Shown: positions 57,110 to 64,000 of the stretch, one piece after another
Layout: every line of letters begins with the position of its first letter
Numbering within the stretch: the first letter of the stretch is position 1
Origin: Dipteris shenzhenensis
Lineage: Eukaryota
Length of the DNA: 64,000 nt
NCBI GenBank assembly: GCA_047967505.1
Contig: CM106538.1
Strand: one strand, 5' to 3'
Program-made: the position numbers and the translations under genes
The notes under the pieces: generated by a model
The model's input: the letters and a program-made list of their open reading frames with translations, nothing else
Databases searched by the model: none
Told to the model about the DNA's origin: nothing

Positions 57110-59556
57110 AAATTTGGTAATGAAAGAGGATGAGCTTTTTAGGGAAAGGGTGTAGAATATAATGAGTTAATATGGAGGGGATTTTTTTAAAGGGAGGGTA
57201 AAAAATGGAAAAAGGGTTTATAAGTTAGATAAGTAGGTGTGTGAGAGTTTTCTAATGTAGAAAAAGAAGGGGGGTTGGAATAGAACAATTAACATGAGCA
57301 TTCCCAAGTAATCATTGAGATGAATTTAATGAAAGAAAAAATCAACTTTAATTATTAGAACATAAGGGAAGGTATGTAAGGTTTAGAAAATTAAAATTAA
57401 TAAATAAAAGGTTGGAGGGGAAAAAATAATCTTTAAATAAATTCATTCTTTTAAATAAAACAACTATAAATAGAGATTTAATAAGGAGAGTAAATAATTG
57501 GGAAGAGAGTAGAAAGGGAAGTTTTTAGAGTAGAAAGTAAGAAAAGGGAGGGGGGGGAAGGATTGTCGATATAGTTACAAGCACATGGGTATAAAAAGAA
57601 GGTAGGAAGAAAAGGATATTAGGACTTTAAAGAAATAAGTCCTTTTTTTTAATTTAAAGAACAAGTATAAGGAACTATAAATAGAGAATTAATAACAAGG
57701 ACAAGGAAATTATTTAATTAGAAAAACAATGAGGTAAAATGAGGATTAATAATTAGGAGTACGAAATTTAAGAGCTAGATAGAAAATAGTGAAATGGGGG
57801 TTGACAAACATGAAATATAATAGAACATGTGCATCCAATAATGCATGGAAGGCAGCCGATGGTTCGTATCGAGGCATGTAGAAGTGTACAGGTGGAGGGG
57901 GTACACTAAGTCATGATGCGGGAGCTGGGCAACAATTGTATCCGCAGTCGTGCAAACTTTATAGGCGCAAAAGATCAGAGGTGATAGGTTCAGAGAACAC
58001 ACGGGGGCTTGCAGGTGCCAAAAGCGAGGTGCTATGTAGACCAGAAGAGGCGATGAGTTTATAGGTGGGTAGAATAGAACGAGAGTAGGTATTAAATAGG
58101 TAGGAGTGAGGGTAGCCGGGGAGTCGGGGGAATATAGAGAGCTAGGGAGGGGGAAATGTGCGGGGAAGATAAAAGGCCATGCATACGGAATGGCGGACGG
58201 GCCGATGGTAAACGCGGGGAGGGTATAGAAAGGTGGGTCGATGGTTAACGCGGGGAGGGGGTCCTTAACGATAGGAAATTTTTAAAAATAAAAAATATAT
58301 ACATGAGAAATTAAGTAGAATTGGAAAAATCAAACAAGAAAAGAAAAATTAGTAAGGGGAATTAAGAAAATAGTAAGAAAAATAGGAATAAGAAAAATAT
58401 TAAGGAAAAAAGGAAAACATTAAGGGAAAATTTTGGGAAAATGAAGTCAAAAGGAAACTAAAAAGGAAATTTAAAAAAAAGAAAAACATAAAAAAGAAGG
58501 GTTTTTTTTTTAAAGGTGGAAAAGAAAGGAGACTAAAAAGGATTAAAAGGAAAAATAAAAAAGAAATTAGGTTAGGGAGATAAGTGAAAAAATACCAACA
58601 AATAGGGAAAATTAGGAAATAATTAGGGGAAATAGGAAATTATAAAAAAATAAAAAAATATGAACATATAAAAGAAAATTATGAAAACATAAGGGAGAAT
58701 AGAAAAAATTAGGAGAAAGTTATAAAAAATTAAGGAAATTAAGGGGAATGTAAGGAGCTAGAGTAGGGAAAAGAGAGGGGATAGGTTGGGAAAGGGAGGG
58801 GAAATTAGGGGAAAGAGGAGGAAGAAGAGTAGACAGAGGGTGGGGAGGGGGGAACACATTTTTTAAGAGAGGGAGGGGGGAAGGTAAAAAAGGTTTTTCA
58901 AAGGAAAGAAAAGTAAATTGCAAGGACAAAAGAGAAAATGAGAACATTTAGTGGAAAGCAAAGGGGAAAATGAGGAAAAATTAGGTGGTGTAGTGATAAA
59001 TTAGGAAAATAAGAAACCAAAATGGAAATTTTTTGGCAAATAAAGAAAAATAAGAGAAATATACTAAACAATTTTTTAGGAAATTTGAGAAAAATAAGGA
59101 AAACTAAGGTACAAGAAGGGGGTAAATAATTAAAATTTTATTTGAAGAATTTAGAAAAGTAGAGAGAGAGAGAGAGAATGTAGGAAAAAAATTGGCAAAA
59201 ATTAAGAAAATTTTAGAATACTATCTAGGAAAAAATTAAAAAGTAAAGAAATTTAAAAATAATTGAGATAATAGGGAGAATTAGGAAATAATTAGCGAAA
59301 TTAGGAAAAAATATAGGAAGTATTAGGGGAAAATAGGGGAGAATAGAAAAAATTAAGAGAAAAGGTGCTAGAGTGGGGTAAACTGAGAGGTTTTAAGGGA
59401 GTTTAAGAGAAAGAGAGTAGAGAAAAGAATAGAGAGAGAGTGACGGAAAAAATCTAAAGAGAGGGAGAAGGGGGGAAAGGCAATATACAAGGGTTTACAA
59501 GGGATTATAAAGAGAAGAAAAGTAATTAGTATGTTCAAGAGGAAAAAAGAGGACAA
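57110..59556. other. Purine-skewed low-complexity tract (A/G on the + strand)
   Basis: Long C-poor stretches with recurring AATTAGG(A/G)AAA-like words. A mixed-composition island sits at ~57800-58270. Confidence 0.7.
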
Positions 59557-59557
59557 T

Positions 59558-59612
59558 ATGTGTGTGTGTGTGGCCTCTCTCTCGCTCTCTCACACACACA
59601 CACATACACACT

Positions 59613-59652
<40 letters not shown>

Positions 59653-59866
59653 TCACACACACACACATACACACACACACACACACACATACACATAATT
59701 CTCTCTCTTTCTCTCTATCTTATTCTCCACCTTGCCGCACGGTGCCTATAAATATATATGTTTATATAGTCATATATAAAGATAAATAAATATTCAGAGC
59801 AAATATATTTATATCCATGTCCATATTTATTAATTTTATGTATTATATATAAATATAAATACATAC

Positions 59867-59936
<70 letters not shown>

Positions 59937-60028
59937 ATAAAAAATATATATATGTATATAGTCATTAAATTTATATAAATATAAATAAATATATTTATAT
60001 TTATATCTATATTTATTATAAATATATT
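59558..60028. repeat. Microsatellite cluster (CT)n, (CA)n, (TG)n with AT-rich flanks
   Basis: Directly visible. Confidence 0.9.
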
Positions 60029-60929
60029 TGCCGTGCCACATCTGTCATTTGTTATGGTCCGACTGTGCCCCACATCATGGATCGTCTATTGGGCCACGTC
60101 ACGGGTCTCTCGAACCCTCACTGTCATTGGTCTCTGCTGTGCCACGTCATGGGTTTTTAGGACCCACGCTGTGCAGCAGTTGCCTCTGGAGTATAGTCCA
60201 CTGGAATCTTGGGGCACCACATGGCGATCACATAATGCCACATCATCGAAGACGGCTTTGATTGATCACCGTTATGCTATCTACAATGTGCAGTTTGGAA
60301 CGCTTTGCACCGCTTCTCTCACGTGTTGGTAGTCAGTAGTGCAGCTCGTGTGCGGAGATTCCAAAGCAGAGTGCAAGTGATGATGTTTGCCACGTGTCAG
60401 CACTGTAGCCTGCACACAGACTATGGTTGGTACCTTGGACTACAGCTCGCACCACACATGCCAGCTTTGACTCCAAAACCCGCGCTTGTGATTGGGACTC
60501 GCGCCACGTGGTACAGTGCTAGTTGATCGAACGGCTGGGAATCTCTCAAGCCTCCCAAAGCTCCCCGAGCCTAGATCGAGCCTCCCCCGAGCCACCCTGT
60601 CCTTAAGATATATAGAGATAGAGATGCATCTAGTTAGTATAGAATTCAGAGTAAATCCTTGGGCATTATTCAAGTTGTGGGGTTGAAGTAGCATGCGATT
60701 TTACCATAATAAAGAAAATGCAATTAATAACATTTAGATGCAGGGGTGCACTCCTTATAAAATATTGTGCCTACATTGCCATGTTGCTCCCAATTATAAC
60801 ATGAATGGGTTTTCCATTCAAGCCTATCACAACTTGGAATTAGATTATTGGTGGTATCAATTAATGCCCAAGTGTAGGTGACTTTCTAGCTGTGTAGATT
60901 GTCTTGGGCATTACACTAGAGTGATGAGA

Positions 60930-63900
60930 TAGACGAGTGCGAGGTCATGTCAGAGGTAAAAGGTTGTGAGAGTGATGAGCATTTCAAGGGGAAAGGTGGT
61001 GAAACTAGTGAGAAGATCAAAGAATTTCCTCCTCTCCCAAAGAGCAATATTCTGATGCTAAGGGATTAGACGCTTTGTAGGAGCCGATCAGGCCCCTCCT
61101 TCTTTCGTTGAAATCTTGGCGAGGAGATTGGGTCACATCGTCACAGAGCTTCTGTGTGATGAAATGGGGGGGAGATCCTTTCTATTTTCGAGGGCTATTG
61201 TGGTCTCCCTTGTTCAATATTGATGAATTTCTCTACCACGAGTGCCCAGTATGGGTTGAGCTACGAATATTCCTACTTTTTTGGCTGATTCTATGGAATG
61301 GATTGCTATTTTATTGGGCCAAGATCTTATGGTTCCCCCTCGTCTAAATCACTTTCTAATCTTCGATGGGCATGGATCTTATGGGATTGGGGTTTTGATC
61401 TACGAAAATACGTGGATATCAAACTACTAGATGGCTTGATGGTGGCACCGTAGGCGCATTTTGGGGCTTTCCCCAACATGTGCTACATTTGCTGTGATAC
61501 TATGCATTTTGTATGGAATTGTCCCAAGAGGACAAGTAATACTCAACTGGCATGTGGTGATCAGTTTGAGATTGGTCCTATTCTAGAGGAAGGATCACAT
61601 GAAGGAACTGAAGGCGCAAAGCTGTAGCACATAAAAATAGAAGAGGACTCCTCCTACCCTCGAGAAGATTGTTCCCATAGGTGATGCACCTTCTGGGTCA
61701 AAATGAGATGATGGGCTATAGAAGGTCATCCGAAAAAAAGGGAAGACAAAAGAAATCTCATAGGAAAACATACCTCCCCGTTCTAACAGTTATGATAATG
61801 TTGTGGTTGCGAACAGACGTATGTGGAAAGAGTAGAAGCAACTCAACATGCGACAAGGTATCCATTTGTAGGATGGCTATGAAATCACTGACATGCAAAT
61901 CTTACTGGATGACCAAGCAGATTGGCATGCAGGAAAAGCCAACGATGAAGAGTTATTGGAGGCCTACCATCACAAATGGCTCCTGGAAGGCCATCAGGTA
62001 GAGAAAAAGATTATCGATTTGAGTAAGCAACAGGGAGGGTAGACTTCGCAAAGGTAGATCTCAAAGAGACTCAAAGATGTGGCTCACAATGTTGGGCATG
62101 GTGAAGAAAATAGGTTTAATTTCCTCAAAGTTGCCTGTAAAGTTTTGTCGAGATAATGATGTGAGGGGTCGTGCTGAGGTCTCTTGTGTGCAATCTATTT
62201 GTATTATCTTTTGCAATTTGAGGGACAACTGCTCTCCTATTAAGCAGAAAGGATGCACCTCGGTAATTAGTCATATGGGATTTGATATTCTTCTATTGCA
62301 AGAAGTAAAATGCAAGGAGGAAGGCCTGTTTTGGTTTTCTTTATGTGCTTTGGGTTATGTAGTGTTAGTCAATTGCCTTGAACAATGAAAAGGAGGCTCA
62401 ACAATAGTTTCAAAAGACCATTTGGTGTGGCATGAAGTCTTTAGGCACCCTTAATGCTGGTCTATTGCAACTTCGATAAGGATAGCTTTGTGTTCAATGT
62501 GGTCAATGTGTATATGCTCCAAATTCTTCGTCAGATTTGACAACTTTTGAGGGATAACTTGTTGGAAGAGAAGTGGATTATGGGAGGTGACTATAACTTT
62601 ATTTAAGATTTCAAAAATAGATCTCATCCGGTGAGGTTTGTGATGTCTGAGCAGGGAGCATGGGATGAGCTATGCCTTGACTTTGGCCTAATGGATTGTG
62701 CAGAACTTGATCCAAAGGGTCTAGAGGGGTTTTCATGGTGCGATTGTAGGAAGGGAGAAGACTTCCGGGATGGTTAGTTAGATCGAGTTTAAGCATCCGA
62801 TGAAGGGTGGTATATGTCCCCTCCTATGAAGGGTGGGTATGTGGTAAGAACTAGTATGTTTGATCATATTCCATTCTTTTGGCAATTCAGCATCCCTCGT
62901 GTTACTAGCAGATCGTATGATGCTCCATTTAAGTTCAGCAAAAGGTATTTGATGTCAAAAGCCTAGGTGTCCCCTCCTATGAAGGGTGGGTATGTGGTAA
63001 GAACTTGTGTGTATGATCATATTCTAGTCTTTTGGCAGTTCAACATCCCTCGTGTTACTGGCAGATTGTATGATGCTTTATTTAAGTTCAGCAAAAGGTA
63101 TTTGATGTCAAAAGCCTTTTGTAGAAGAATAAGAGAGGCTTGGCAACTGTCCCAAAGGGGAATTGAAGATCCCCATGTTCATTGGGACACTACAATTAGG
63201 AAAATGGTAAAAGAATCACAAGGTTGGGCAAAAGAATCAGGATCTAAGTGGAAGCTCGAGGACCTAGCCATGCTTAGAGGTTCATTGAGAGATATTCACC
63301 AAATGATTTAGTTTTAGTCGCTCTAATTTTCGAGGTTGAACAAGAGCTACAATCTAGAGAAATGTCTGAAGCTGAAATGGTCAAAATTAGGATTAGAATT
63401 ACTTGGTTGGAGATAGGGGATTGTCCCTCCAAGCTATTCTTCCAATCATTGATATGGAAGATCCACAGAGAATCTATTGATAGAATTCAAGGCCCTGATG
63501 ATAGGGTTGAAACTGAGTTTTGGCACATTGCATCTATTTTTTTGAATCATTTCATTGGTTTGGTGGGTGCTCCTATTAGTCAAGATGACACCTGGTCTAA
63601 TGCTTTGCTGGATGCATTAGATAGTCTCTAGACCCATGTTTTTGAATCGTAGATGCATAAGATTGTCCTAGAGGACCTGGAGTCAGTGCTCAAGGTAATG
63701 AAAAAGGATTGGCTCTGATGGATTGACTACATAATTTTATCTTGGGTTTTGGGATTTGATGGGAATGGATCTAGTTGAAATGGCTAATGCCTCTGTAAAC
63801 AAGGGCTATTCTTTAATAGATGTCAATACTGGTTTGGTTAAATTGTTCCCCGAGAGGCAGAATAGATTGATAGTGGGGATTGGAGACCAATCACCATGTT

Positions 63901-64000
63901 CAATACATTGTACAAGTTGCAAAACGTCATAAGGTCATCAATGAACATTTGAGAACTTACCTGCCTTTCCTGAAGGTAGGTTTACTCCATGCAAATCACC
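60930..64000 (+). mobile_element. Old decayed L1-type LINE (ORF1, endonuclease, start of RT), running to the window end
   Basis: ORF1 CPVWVEL and knuckle CYICCDTMHFVWNC (~61480). EN: DILLLQEVK, MGGDYN, DHI. RITWLEIGDCPSKLFF. GDWRPITMFNTLYK (~63875). Internal 153-bp tandem duplication at 62815/62968. Confidence 0.8.

Overview
Eukaryotic land-plant genomic DNA. The large TE-filled introns suggest a large-genome plant such as a fern; this is inference. The window holds one intact host gene on the + strand: a plastid-targeted anthranilate phosphoribosyltransferase (PAT1/TrpD, tryptophan synthesis). It has 10 coding exons from 10496 to 48497 and encodes about 411 aa. Intron 3 (18.2 kb) and intron 9 (15.9 kb) are nested TE stacks. 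They contain a full-length L1-type LINE with a 12-bp TSD, Copia and Ty3/gypsy remnants, three copies of one LTR family (one a solo LTR with a TSD), and RTEX-like LINEs. Upstream lie a decayed Helitron2/Helentron-type element with a C-terminal AP endonuclease and a degenerate FHA-like gene fragment. Downstream lie a decayed gypsy element, microsatellites, a purine-skewed tract and a decayed LINE. Four observations stand out. (1) A ~0.9-kb element carries only an ORF1 homologue fused to the 3' tail of the RTEX-like LINEs, i.e. a candidate non-autonomous 'half-LINE'. (2) That 3' tail is a conserved double hairpin + AATAAA + (TTTC)n, and copies pile up in (GA)n microsatellites. (3) A chromovirus fragment is bracketed by ~430-bp inverted LTR segments. 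(4) The Helitron encodes an endonuclease, in a plant. All assignments come from manual reading and motif recognition; no searches were run.
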